Source: Camelus ferus (Eukaryota). From it: a stretch of 64,000 bases of DNA. The position numbers were made by a program, and so were the translations under genes. The notes under the pieces are model-generated. The model was not told the DNA's origin and ran no database searches. It saw nothing but the letters and a program-made list of their open reading frames with translations. Location: the NCBI RefSeq assembly GCF_009834535.1, contig NC_045697.1, positions 97,218,001-97,282,000 of the forward strand. The letters run 5' to 3'. This document shows, one piece after another, positions 25,360-37,389 of the stretch; the first letter of the stretch is position 1; each line of letters starts with the position of its first letter.

Positions 25360-25590
25360 GGGAAAGTAATATTTCTTGAGTATGTATTATGTGGCAAATT
25401 CTGTGATAGGCATGTCAACATGGATAATTTAATTGTATTTAATTACATCCTAATATCCATAAAGGAGATAGCTAATTTTTTTTCTCATTTTACAAAGAAG
25501 TAAATTGACACATGGAAAGCTAATTTTTATTCCCAGAGTGAGTTATTAAGTAACAGGGCAAAACTGTTTTATCCAAAGCTTCTTGTTTCA
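25360..25590 (-). mobile_element. MIR SINE
   Basis: atttcttgagtatgtattatgtggc...ctcattttacaaagaagtaaattga. Confidence 0.6.
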
Positions 25591-26256
25591 GGGACACCTT
25601 GCCGCCTCTTCATGAACTAGGATGTTTTTTATCTACTACTACTATAGTTTTAGAAATTTAGACTGAGTCCTTTGGTCCAAAAGTGTGTGCCCCACTCAAC
25701 ATTGTATTTTTCGTCTAAAGCCTGTATTAAATATCTGCTTTGGCTATAATCTTGCTGATATGCATATATTTAGAATTTTCAGCAATAAATGGTAAAAGCA
25801 ATTTTGGAAATCGTATAGCTAGTAACTTAGGGAAAGTAAAAAGGATAAAGGAGGAAAAAACCTGGAGTACAATATTTCTAAATTGTTTTTTTTGGGTTAA
25901 TCCAAAATAATTGTGCCAAAAATGCTCCATTTAGGGTCTAGAAATGCAGTCATTGCCAATATAATAATAGGGGGCATGTTGAACAGTGGCCACAGTGGAA
26001 GCGGGGACAGAGAGGACACAGGTTTCCTACATGAGAGGCCTGTTGATCAACTTTGAATCCTCAGTTGTCTTTTGTTACTATGAAAAGCCTTCAATTTAAG
26101 AAATTACTAACTGCTTTTTATGATTTGATTTTGCTTAATCGACATCTTCAGTAGCAAGCAGCAAAGACAGAATATAGTAAGATGATAAGATTTAATTTAC
26201 ATTTGAAATCCACAAAGATATTTTATAATTTGTGATTCATTGTGTCCCACTGTTAT

Positions 26257-26601
26257 CGCTGTGGTCTGATGTGGCTCCTCAAATTCATACATTGAAATTC
26301 CAATGCCAATGTGGTGGTGTTAAGAGCTGGGGCCTTTGGTAGATGATTAGGCCATGAAGATAGAGCCCTCAGGAATGGGATTCATCCCATTATAAGAGAC
26401 AACAGAGAACTTCCTAGCCCCTTCCACCACGTAAGGTTACAATGAGAAATCTGCAACCCAGGAGAAGGCCCTCACTTAACTGTTCTGGCATCCTGACCTC
26501 AGACTTCTGGCCTCCAGAACTTGGAGAAATAAATTTCTGTTGTTTATATGCTACCTAGTCCATAGTATTTTTTGTTACAGCAGTTTGAATGGACTAATGC
26601 A
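26257..26601 (+). mobile_element. MaLR solo LTR (MLT1A-like)
   Basis: ctcaaattcatacattgaaa...ggggcctttggtagatgattaggccatga...agacttctggcctccagaac...aataaatttctgttgttta...gaatggactaatgca. Confidence 0.9.
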
Positions 26602-29539
26602 GTTATAAATATGAAAAAATAACTGTACTTTTTAATCTGAAACTGTGAACATGAGCTTCAATTTCTCATTTTCAGTAGTACTTTTAATTGGCTTTAGTGT
26701 GTAAATGACGCAGTTCCTCATTCTTGGTCAAATGCTGCCTTTGGTTCTCAAATTTTTTTCTTGCCTACAGCAGTTTCACTCGAATATACTGACTTAAACT
26801 ATAATTGATTTAGTTTGAAAATAAATTCCTAAATTGTAAGTAAACAAGAGTGACTTTTAGATAAATGATTGTTCTCAAATCAGTTATTCTGAATTGATGC
26901 CTGATCAATTTAGTGTTTCAAACCAAAGATCAATTTTAAATTTAGTTTCTCAGAAGAAAGCTTTCATTAAAGATATTAGCCCAGATGTCTTTCTTTCATC
27001 ATTTGGATTAGCAAGGGAAGAAGAAGGTCTTACTGTGAAGTGATATGCAAGTGAAGTTCATTAACCAAGGTTAGTAATAACTATTTTCTGAAAAAAAAAA
27101 GAAGTGGTGCAATTCACAGGAGTATACATTTCTGTTAAAAAATAATAATCAACATTTCATTCAATGTACTTCCCTTCTTCTATGTACTAATTCCATAGAC
27201 CATAATCAAAACTGCATGTTTGTCATCTCAGGTTTCTGTGGCTATAAGTACTTTTCCCAGCTAGTAACAGATTCATTTCTGCTAAAATTCTATTACTCTG
27301 GGCAATTTCTCTCAAGAATTGTAACAATTCTTCTGAAAACAGATCAGCAGCTTTCAGTATAATCTTACTTTATCTAACTGGAACAAGGTCCACTTCTGGT
27401 AAATCCTGCAACTGGATGTGACAGGAATAGAAAACTCTATTTCAGTACCTTGCAGAGTGTGGTAAAAGGCATTTGGAAGGTGGTTTGGATTGTTTTTGTT
27501 TTGTTTTGTTTTCAATTCTTGTCTTAGAATTAGCTTTTGTTCTCTTTTATTTTTAGTAATGCTTTAAAATGAAAGCTTTTGTATTTTAAGAGAAATGAAA
27601 TAAAGTAATAAGGGAGGTTTCCCTTTCAACTGTTTACTGAACATATAAAAATATAAACAAAGACCTTTTTGATATATTTTGAACTTACTACATTAAAACA
27701 GGTTCAGAAATAAACTGCTGAATTCGACACTTAGCTATACACATTCACAAATCATTATCAACACACATGTATGTACTCAGAGGCTGGTACTGAAGATACT
27801 AAAATTGAAAAGAAAGAAAAATCAACTTTACTAAATATATATCTGAGGGAGAAGGTGAAAGAGGGGAGAACAGAAAGAAAACAAAAAGGGAGCAAGAGAC
27901 AGGGCAGCAGAGAGGGAGAAAGAACGAGATAGAGGAACTGAAATCACTTCAACTGTATTTACTTTAACAATCTACAGGAGCTTGATGAAATTATTTAAAA
28001 TTTAATTTGGTCAAGAAAGTTAATTTAAAGAAAGTTTAATTGAAAGTTTAATCTAAATGAAAAAAAAATCTCATGAAGAATATCAAATCCTTAAGATAGT
28101 TAAATTGGAGACAGGTATTAATTATCACTTTATAAGGAAATTAAATGATCTGCCCAAGGCTATAAAGCCTAAAAGTGATACAACCAGGTCTGTGGCAAAT
28201 TAAAAAGAAAAAAAAAAGAAAGAAAGAACACTGTATAGTAATCTAACATGTAAGGTTTTTATTGATTGAAATGGTATCAGTTTTCTCAAATTCTTTAAAA
28301 TGTTTAACAGTTCCTAAAAAGAAAAAAAAAACTCTTTCTGGGTGTGTTCAAAATAACTCATTTTAGCATACATAACAATCTTTGTAAGTATTGCAGAGCA
28401 GTGAACATCTCTGGGAAGGATAACCTTTGGTCTCTTCTTTCTCCCCTTTTCCCTGTCCATCTTTTCTTCCTCCATCTCCTCCTCTTCAAAGCGGCTACCA
28501 TGTACTCAGTATTTAGTAGCCTTACAAATATTCATATTCAATACTGAGTATTTACATATACTGTCTGGTCTCATCTTCAAATCTATTCTACACTGTAATG
28601 TTTATTACCCAAATTTATAAACAAGGACTTTGAGACTAAGTTTGGAGAGCTAACTCCATTGCTGTGCTCTTTAGGCCACACATTGTATTACATTATCTCA
28701 CAATTGGAGTGAATAGTTGCAAAGAGGTCAATACATATAAATAAGAGAGCAGAGAAATAGAGGATTCAAAATTTCCAGATGTGAAACCAACCCACTATTT
28801 CAGAGAAGACATGAAGTAAGGAACCAAAGGAGAATATTAACCCCTAATTTGGGCAAGGAAAAGGACAATAACCAACATACAAAACTCAGGGAATATATAG
28901 ACAGTTTTAATTAAGTCAAAATAGCCAGAGTCCTTTAAGACCAGGCAAGTACATAAGATTCAGACATACCCAAGTCTTGGATGTTGAAGTAGGGTGGGAA
29001 GAATAAAAAAAGATATCTAATAAGCAATAAGGATAGGACACCAAGGCGCTAGGCAGAATAAGACTTTGAATTTTAAGTAACTTCCATCTCAAAGATACGA
29101 TTCCTGCTGGTGCAAGAGACAGTCTCTGAGTCAAGATAGGTCATTGTTTTTAAGATCAGAAAAACATATTGTAGAGATTAATAAGTGAAAAATATGGGTC
29201 AGAGCTTGTTAGATGTCAGTAGAAACATATAACTTCAAATACAGTAAAGAATTATAGGCTGAGCAGAAGCATTGCCTAAAATAAGTTAATTTCTGTTACA
29301 GACTCTAAAATGTAGATTGCTCAAACACAATAGAAGTTTCTTTCTTTCTCACATGATGGTAATGGGAGATGCCATCCTCCATGCACTCATTCAGAAACTC
29401 AGGCTGACAGAGTTCCCACCGTTTTCAACATGTGCTTTCCAAAGGGCCTATCTTCCTTCCAAGGGAGAGAAAAGCATTCTGGACTCTAGAATTCAGCAAA
29501 ATACTTCTCTCCAATTTCTAACTACAGGAAATGAAACTG

Positions 29540-29909
29540 ACTGATGGTCCCAGCTGCTACACTCTGAAAACAAACCCTGCCATGTGTGCCCGAGTCACAC
29601 CAGTGGCTGAGCGTGGCCAAAACACTAAGACAGGCAGTCCTCTAATGGCAACTTTGTCTTGAAGACTCCCCATGTGCCTTGCTGCAACTTTCTTAGTACT
29701 GCACTATAGTCTAAGATTTCTCCTGCACAATTTTCCTTCCTTCCCCCTCTCCTTCATAGGAATCAGAACTACATCAAGATCTGAGCACTCTATCAACATC
29801 TTCTGACTCCTCATTTTCCTCATAGATGATTTTCCACAAAAAAAAAAAAAATGACTTGCATGTGTAAATGTGTCTAACATCTGTTTCTCAGAGACCCCAA
29901 ACTAATGCA
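29540..29909 (+). mobile_element. 5' LTR of an ancient ERVL provirus (LTR16/ERV3-16A3-like)
   Basis: LTR16-type motifs (gactccccatgtgccttgctgcaactttcttag...ctaaga) and 3' end tctgtttctcagagaccccaaactaatgca, followed directly by ERVL-like internal sequence. Confidence 0.75.
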
Positions 29910-31811
29910 AAGGGTGCCAGAAGGCGAGCAGTAAATTGGGGTCAAGGACTAGGTCACTCACTACCTGGCAGTGAAAGAGGATGCTATTCTGAAGAATGTG
30001 GGGCACCGGTAATCCCTGGCACATAGTATAATTTAATTGCTCATGATTCCCCTAGAGGAGACCTGGGAAATTATCCCGGTGGAGAGAAATTCCTTCACAG
30101 ATTTAATAATTCAGGCATCTGAAAAATATTAGGGCAACAATACTTAGACGGCAAAGTTCAATTACTGCCCTGCAGAAAGACAATATGAAATTCAGGACTT
30201 AAAGACTGAGAGGCAGAAGGGTTCTATGGAAGATTGCAGAGAGCCCCTTGCCCCGTAGTGGAAGAGGGGACACAGGTAAGCATCCAACTCCAGTAATCAC
30301 AGCTGCAGAATTTCAGATATGTTTAAATGCTCAGTAAAGGCAGGTGTGCCCTGCTACAATCAGGGCCTGGAGTGGCACCCTGAAACACAGAATGAGGAGT
30401 TTTGAATGGACCCTTGTGAACGAATTGTCTCTACAGACATTTGTGCTCCAAACCCTTAGAGTTCACACAGTTGGTCTACTTTTCCTTAGTAAGAGCCAGA
30501 TGTCTTGCTGAAGATGCTGAAGAGGTCCAACCCCTGCAAGATGATAGGGGCTCCTCTCTGGACCACCACTCAGCTCCTCTCCTAGCTACTAAGCCAATTA
30601 ATAGGGGTTTAAATCCCAGGATGGCTGGGCTGGGGAAATGCTCAGCTGAGAAGGAAGGAAAAGAATTATACCTGGAAGGAAACATAATAGTCACTTACAT
30701 ACTAATAACATGAGCCAGGGGACTGCCCCTAGGATTGGATTTTGGGAGGACTTGATCAAGGGGACTAATATATATGACAGGATAAGCAATATTTTGGTGA
30801 CTTAGAGGCACATTCTAGGGTTACAGGGATTTATCACCCTAGGAAGGACCCCAGAGGAGTAGACACACTACTCACCACTAGAGTGACTGTCACATGCCTG
30901 AAAAAGGGCTGTGACAATTGCTGAACGAAATGGAAAGGCTCAAGTTGCCTGAATGACAGTTAAGGAAAGAATAAAGGGACCAGGTAAAGAGGGCATGTTA
31001 GACTGGATATATTATGTGAGAAAAAAAAATCACCAAGTTATGCTCTTTGCAAGGATCCAAAAGACTTATTGTTTCACAGCCATCAGGTACATGCTGGTGA
31101 GAGGGGAACTGGTGTCACACAAGAATTTCAGTAGTGGCCCTTCTCTGCAGTCACAGAGCTCTCTTTAACATTCAAAATGATGTTGCACCATAAAGTAACA
31201 GAGGTCAGATGGTGGTACTTAACTGCTGGAACTCAAGAAGCCAGAATTACCATATAAACATCAAGGTTGTGTGAGCAGCCACAAAGAGTTGATGAGAGTG
31301 TTTGGAGATGACTCATAGACAATGGCATCCCTAGGGGCAAATAGACTAGTAGCTAATAAGGGGATTGTCAAATTTTAGGATCAGAACAAGGCAAAAGTGG
31401 AGGAACAGGAGGCTGAGGGCAGTTGTCCCAATAGAAAGTTATTATTACTTGCTCAATTTTCAAACTTGAACCAATTTTCAGATCCAGAACTTACTAACTG
31501 AAGAAGGGGCCAGGTGTCCAAAAGGAAGGACTCTGCCATATTCCAGTAAATACATACTATAATGATCACCCCAGTCCTTCCTCAGGAGGACGTATGGCCA
31601 TTTACTACGATGAGTACTTTGGAAAAAGTGGAATACCCAAACATTTCCAGGATCATTGAGCACCAGGTCTGAGAAAACATTGATACCCAATGACCTAAAA
31701 TACGACATATACATTAAACTAGAGACCTTGAGGTGGTGCTCTGTCTTATAAAGGAAGACTACGTGGGTCTAGGAAGTAAATAATAAAAACAGGAGTAGCT
31801 CAGTCACCATC

Positions 31812-32136
31812 TGTACTGCAGGCTCTCAAGGCCTAGCAGGTTCATGGATTTGGACAGACAGAAGAACACTCTGCAGCCGCAGGTATCATGACGTGCCTTT
31901 ATTGCAGCGGAGTACACAGGCTTCAATGGCCCCGGGGGGAGGAATGTCCCGTCCACCTTATATAACAACGCAAGCAAGGCCAGCATCCAGCCAACTATGA
32001 TAGGAGCTAACCAGCACGCTTGCGCGGGGCAAGTCACGCATATATAACACTACTTGGGTACTGCGCATGCGGGATAGTACAGCTGCGTCACTCGGTGACT
32101 GGCGAGGGAACCTGAGTGACTCCATTTTCCCCTACA
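31812..32136 (-). mobile_element. Young, CpG-rich 325-bp solo LTR (family not identified)
   Basis: Minus strand starts TGTAGGGG and ends CA. TATATAA at 31964-31958 and AATAAA at 31903-31898 are in LTR order. Flanked by ccatc (31807-31811) and ccatg (32137-32141). Many intact CpGs. Confidence 0.85.
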
Positions 32137-32141
32137 CCATG

Positions 32142-32965
32142 TGTGGTAGTTGTGTCAACTTGTCAGTGTCCAGATGCTTAGTCAAACATTCTGGATATTT
32201 CCCTAAAAACGTTTTTTGTTTTTGTTTTTAATTCTGTGACTGGTCCTTCAGTCCTTCCGGTCCCTCAGGAACTTGCACTTGCGGTGGAACACGACCTCGC
32301 AGAGGTGCCGCTGCGCGCACAGCGCCACTCGGCCGCGCCTCCAGTCGCTCAGCGGAGAGCCGGCCAGCACCTGGCGCTCCACTGACACGCCTCTGGCCTC
32401 AGCCGCCAGCCCGCCGCGCTACCGCTGTGGTGAAGCGCCCATGCTTCGGCCGCAGCCTATCTGGCAGGTGCCGGGCAGACGCCCGCCCGCAAGCGGCGCC
32501 GCAGCTCCTCCAGCTCTAAGACACCCGCCACCCCGCCCTGAACAGCACCAGGGGCCCCTCGTGGAGGAGGGCGAGGGCCACCAGGACTGTCTGGCCCAGG
32601 ACTGGAAGGACGTGGGCCACTCCCAGGGAGTCTGCAAGGTGTTTTTTAAGAATGAGAATAACATTTAAATCTTTGAGTAAAGCAGATTAGCCTCCACTAC
32701 CCTCCATAATGCGGGTGGACCTCATTAAATCAGTCGAAGGCCTTAAGGAGGAAGGCTGAGCGCCCACAAGTGAGGAGAAATTCTGCAGCAACTACTTTTG
32801 GACACAAACTGCGACTCTTCCAGGGTCTCCAGCATGACAGCCTACCTCTTGGATTTTAGACTTGACAAGCCGCCACAATCAGGTAAGCCAGTTCCTTAAA
32901 ATCTGTGTATATGCGCACATCCTGTTGTTTTTTTTTTTTTTCTCTGAAGAGCCCTGACTCATACA
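32142..32965 (+). mobile_element. MLT2-type (ERVL) solo LTR, split by a retrocopy
   Basis: MLT2 start tgtggtagttgtgtcaacttg...gtcaaacattctgg resumes at atgagaataacatttaaatc...gagtaaagcagatt and ends tctctgaagagccctgactcataca. 5-bp TSD ccatg/ccatc (32137-32141, 32966-32970). Confidence 0.9.
32218..32640 (-). pseudogene. 5'-truncated processed pseudogene (retrocopy) of an unidentified GC-rich mRNA 3' end
   Basis: Minus strand reads ...LAAEARGVSVERQVLAGSPLSDWRRGRVALCAQRHLCEVVFHRKCKFLRDRKD then TGA (32250-32248), a short UTR, ATTAAA (32232-32227) and an A-rich tail. gtttttt is duplicated at 32211-32217 and 32641-32647, the latter followed by AA (L1 endonuclease TTTT/AA site). Upstream frames are broken by stops and frameshifts. 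Confidence 0.8.
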
Positions 32966-33180
32966 CCATCATTTCCAAAGGCCCACTGAGGGGTTCTGTG
33001 CTTCCAGTTTCCGCAGCTCTAGTCTTTGTAGGGTTAGAGGGTTTCTTCCCCAAAGGGGGTGCACTTTTGTCAGGGCAAACAATAAAGTTTCCATTGAAAT
33101 ATGAACCTTAGAGCGTTTTAGATCTTTACATCAAGGGACCAGGAGGCAACAAATATATCACCGTATTGGCAGGCATAATT

Positions 33181-33355
33181 TTTTTGTATCTTTTAAAAAT
33201 TTTATTTATTTATTATTGTATTATTTAATTATTATAGTTTGGCCAGGGGAGAAGTAATTAGGTTTATTTATTTATAGAGGAGGGACTGGGGACTGAACCC
33301 AGGACCTTGTGCACTCTAGGCATGCGCTCTACCACTTGAGCTGTACCCTCCCTGC
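33181..33355 (-). mobile_element. tRNA-derived SINE, camelid vic-1-like
   Basis: Minus strand gggagggtacagctcaagtggtagagcgcatgc...aggtcctgggttcagtcccca has a tRNA head with A and B boxes and an AT-rich tail. Degenerate 15-bp TSD ttggcaggcataatt (33166-33180) and ttgttagggataatt (33356-33370). Confidence 0.9.
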
Positions 33356-33619
33356 TTGTTAGGGATAATTGAACCTGATTAGAAGTAGAGCTGTTTCTAT
33401 ACTAGAGGGATATGGAGGAATTTGTCACCCAGGTGGTCCATTTTAGTGTCCCTTGGTAATTTCATGCCCCACTGGAACTGTGATTGGACAGGTGCAACAC
33501 CCTTGCCTTGAGAAAGGTATGATTACCGAGGACAGACTCCTCAGGAATGAAGGTTTGGGTTATATCACCAGCTAAGCCACAGAAAACTGCCAAGGTGAGA
33601 ACTAAGGGTGAAAGAAATT

Positions 33620-33839
33620 TAGGATTTCCCAAGAATTGAACTGCAGTTTAAGATGTTTCCTACCCACTTTTCCCTTCGTTTCTCTCCTCCCATTGGACTC
33701 AGACCTGGAAAGGAGTCTGAAGGCTTTTCCACATGTCTTCCCTCGCTGCCATTTTTTCTCACAGGCATTTTTCCCAGTAAATCTTTTGCATTTTCAATCC
33801 CATCTTGACCCCTACTATTTTGAGGTGCTGAACTAAACA
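33620..33839 (+). mobile_element. Partial 3' LTR of the ERVL provirus (LTR16-like)
   Basis: Parallels the 3' half of the 29540-29909 LTR (gaactgcagtttaagatg...tttctcacaggcatttttcccagtaaatcttttgca...gaactaaaca). Confidence 0.7.
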
Positions 33840-34439
33840 AGGAACGTGTTTGTGCGTGGGAGACCTAGAAAGGGCATATCCATCACTTCCTCTCACAGGG
33901 CAATGCCTATGACTCAGTCATATACCTGTACGGATCCACAACAGAGTTAAGGAAATGTGGTCTAACTGTGCTCAGACAGAAGCGGAAAGTATAGATTTAG
34001 TGACCAGAAAGAAAACGCTGCTACAGCAGTGTTGTAGAAGACTGGTGACTAGAGAAACTGAGGAAAAACATTTAAAATGGCATCTTCATCAGTGTTCAGT
34101 ACTCCAAAGTAATGAGGTTTTCGTTGTTGGTAGTGGTGCTTGGTTCGTTTCTAGTTTGTGTGTTTGTTTCACAGGTACGCAAGTACCCACTTACATTTAT
34201 AAAATGATATTCAGATGTATAATTGGAATCATTATTAATTCAACATAGGTATTCATGTGATCATATACATTTCAGTCATTTTAATAACTTCATAATATTT
34301 CATGAGCTGTTTGTACCATAATTTTCATAGTCAGTCAGTCATCCATTACTGGACTGTTAGTTTTTTTTTCTTTCTCTATAATTATAGACAAGGCTGGATG
34401 ATATTTATGCATATAAAACTCTTTTGTTTGTCGGTTGGT

Positions 34440-34775
34440 TGGCATGGGGCATTTACCCCTCTTACCTAAATAACTCCTCATATTTCAGCTCTGAACTTTA
34501 TTATAATTTTCTTAGGATGCCTTTCCAGACTCTAGATTATAGTTTATTCTATCTCTTTTATCCTCTCTCAGTTTGCTGTATTCCACAGCATGTGTTATAT
34601 AGTTCGTTGCTACAAAAGTCTGCAAGTATTTAAGTTTTAAAAATTCTCTCTTTTGCTCATCAAAATGTGCTATGCATGAGGGCGGGAACATTCTTGTTTT
34701 GTTTACTATATTATCTGTGGCACAGTAGCCACCACATAACATATAGTCAGTAAATATCAGTTTAATTAATAATCA
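34440..34775 (+). mobile_element. L2 3' end
   Basis: aaatgtgctatgcatgagggcgggaacattcttgttttgtttact...cacataacatatagtcagtaaatatc matches an L2 terminus. Confidence 0.65.
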
Positions 34776-36783
34776 CATTTGCTTTTCAACAATTTCTAAT
34801 TAAACAGATTTTTGAATGCTTTCTTTAATTTTTAATCTATTTAAGAAATGCATTTATATATGGAAATATGTATGTTTTTAATTTGTGTGAGGTCTTTAGT
34901 AGGAAAATTAGCTTGTTGAGATACTCAGTACAAAATATTTTCTGAAAACATGTTGTTTCTTGTTGTTAAATAATGTTTAAGGAGGTTGTTTAATTGGCCA
35001 GATAGGTGAAGAAATCTGTGGTTAATAGCTAATACATTTGACATCATAATGTAGGAGTGTGATCTACATGAATATGAATTTGTATCTTCTTCCAAACCTG
35101 TAAATGGTCAAACTAAGAAGTTTGATGGTAGTAAATGTCAATAGAAATGGAGGTTTTCTTTTAATAAAACAGATTAGTCATAATCAAGTGAATAATCAAA
35201 ACAGGAGAGTAACCTAAGGTAAAGTCAAACAAATACATTGGAAATAAAGCTATAGAAAAGAATAGACAAGCTTATTGATCTGTAAAATGATGGTAGAAAA
35301 ATTTAGCTGCCTGCATTACTGCCTCTCAAGAAACAAATAAATCGGGCAACCCTGTGTTGGCAATGTTATCTTACCCTCCTCTCCTTTATTCTGCTTGGTG
35401 CTTATGTCATTTGAGGGAGGGTGAATCCTGTAGGCTGTACACTACTGTGCTTCTGATAAAAGTAGTTTTGAGTCTTTATATAGTATTGTGTGGAAGTAAT
35501 ATTTTTAAATCTACAACTAAGTAAGGCAATACTTTCTTGTTTTGTCCACATATTAAAAATTACTCAGTTGCCCAGAGTAGATATTTCCTGGGTTAGTTTT
35601 ATCTATATATTTCTTCATAGCTTGGATAAACCTGATTGGTTGAAGAAAAAATCAAATGAACTTGATAGGAATTGTCTATTTATACACCTATTTTCATCAA
35701 CCAACTAAGCACCATATGGATTGTTCCTGGCATTGAATTTGTGTGACATGTGATGTGTGTTATTTCAAAAGATAAACAAGTCTCAGCCTTTGCTCTCAAA
35801 AGTCAAGATTTAATAAGGATGGGAAAGGAAATACATTTTCATTTTAAACTTTGCTAAATGAGCAGACTAAGCCTTATATACGATTAGTGTCTTTAACAAG
35901 ACATAAGCTAGAGGGTCAATCAGAGCAAAACATACCTCTAAGTTTTAATAATATCAAAAACAGCCTCCAGGTGGTGTGGTATTTGACTGCAGCCTTTAGT
36001 GATGGGTGTAATTTCAAAACTTGTAAATGAGAGGAAAAGAAATATGTTCCAAAAGAAGGAATAACATAATTAAAAGTTCAGTTATTACAAAAACAAAAAT
36101 CACATGCATTGAACAGAGGGAGTTATTTGCCAGAGTTATTTGAAGATGGGGGAGATATATGGAAGGACAGACAGTTGCCCTAATTCTCTGAAGGGTGACT
36201 GACAGCTCTTGCTCATTTGTAAATTGGGGACTGTGTTGATATGAGTATGATATGATACTCTGTCTAATCTCACAGTGATGTAGGCTGTGTCTGAGTTGAG
36301 AGATGTATAAAGGAAGAAAAGAATTTATTAAAATAGACTTGAATTAGTCTGAAATAGGGAGAAGTCAATACAGAAAAAGAACTTTATAACTGTACAAAGC
36401 ACTTTCAAGTTAATGTAGAATCTAACAAAATATTCAAAATATTGCTAAATGGGCATTATGAGAAGAGAAACACAAAAAAGATAAAGATAACCTGAAAGTT
36501 TCTAACTAAGTGAATCTGTGACACTAAGAGAATTGGAGGAAGGAAGAGAAGGAGCTGCCTGGTCCATAAATAATTTTACCCATTTTTTTTTGGCAATTAG
36601 TAGCTGAATCTGTATGTTAGCTACTAGTTTATGTCATATACCTTGGCTCTTGGAATGCTGTAGATTAAAAATGAAAATATAAAAAGTACAAGATTTGGTT
36701 TATATCACATTGAGTTTTAATTGTACATTAGGCCTCGGTAGAGATGTGCAGATAGCAGGTGGAAATAAAACCTTGAAACTGGG

Positions 36784-37117
36784 TATTATGCTCTGAATAT
36801 TTCTGTCCCTCCCAAAATTCATACGTTGAAGCCCTAACCTCCAATGTAATGGAATTACAGGTGGAGTCTTTGGGAGGTAATTTAGGTTTACATGAGGTCA
36901 TTAGGGTAGAACCCCATGATGGGATTAATGCCCTTATAAATAGATGAAGAGACACCAGAGCTTTCTGCAAGCCAGGAAGAGGACCCTCACCAAGAACTGA
37001 ATGCTGGCAGTAGAACGTAGGACTTCTCAACCTCTAGAACTGTGCAAAATAAATGTCTATTGTTTAAGCCACTCAATATATGGTATTTTGTTATAGATGC
37101 CCAAATGAACTAAAACA
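36784..37117 (+). mobile_element. MaLR solo LTR (MLT1A-like)
   Basis: ccctcccaaaattcatacgttgaagccctaacctccaatg...gatgggattaatgcccttataa...tctgcaagccaggaagagg...aataaatgtctattgtttaagccac...gaactaaaaca. Confidence 0.92.
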
Positions 37118-37389
37118 CTAGGTTTGAGAAGACTGAACATTAGCAATAGGTAAAATTCATGAATTTGACCAAAGAACAAAATGTTAAACTTATTGGAAAA
37201 ACAATAGTACTAGAAAGTATGGAATCAAAGAAGACAAGAGGATAAATTTAAGAAGAGATATTCAATAGTATCATATCCTATTTCAGAAGCAAAGTACAAA
37301 GAAGCCTGAGAAAGTAAATAAACTTAGAAAAGTGGTTATATTAAGAGAGTGGAAATGGCAAAATGATTCCAGAAGATATGGAAATTTTT

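Larger units (their letters stand above)
29910..33619 (+). mobile_element. Degraded ERVL internal region (gag, protease and dUTPase remnants; most of pol deleted), interrupted by later insertions
   Basis: gag-like EGMLDWIYYVR (ORF 30953-31168). Protease-like WKKWNTQTFPGSLSTRSEKTLIPNDLK at ~31620-31700 (cf. ERVL GLLDTGSELTLIPGDPK). dUTPase-like VLPVSAALVFVGLEGFFPKGGALLSGQTIKFPL at ~32995-33100. Confidence 0.8.

Noticed and set aside
32273..32668. 131-aa plus-strand ORF (MHLRWNTTSQ...)
   Set aside because: It is the antisense of the GC-rich retrocopy, starts at TTG, and long ORFs arise easily in GC-rich DNA.
33280..33352. tRNA gene
   Set aside because: This is the tRNA-derived head of a SINE with tail and TSD, not a functional tRNA.
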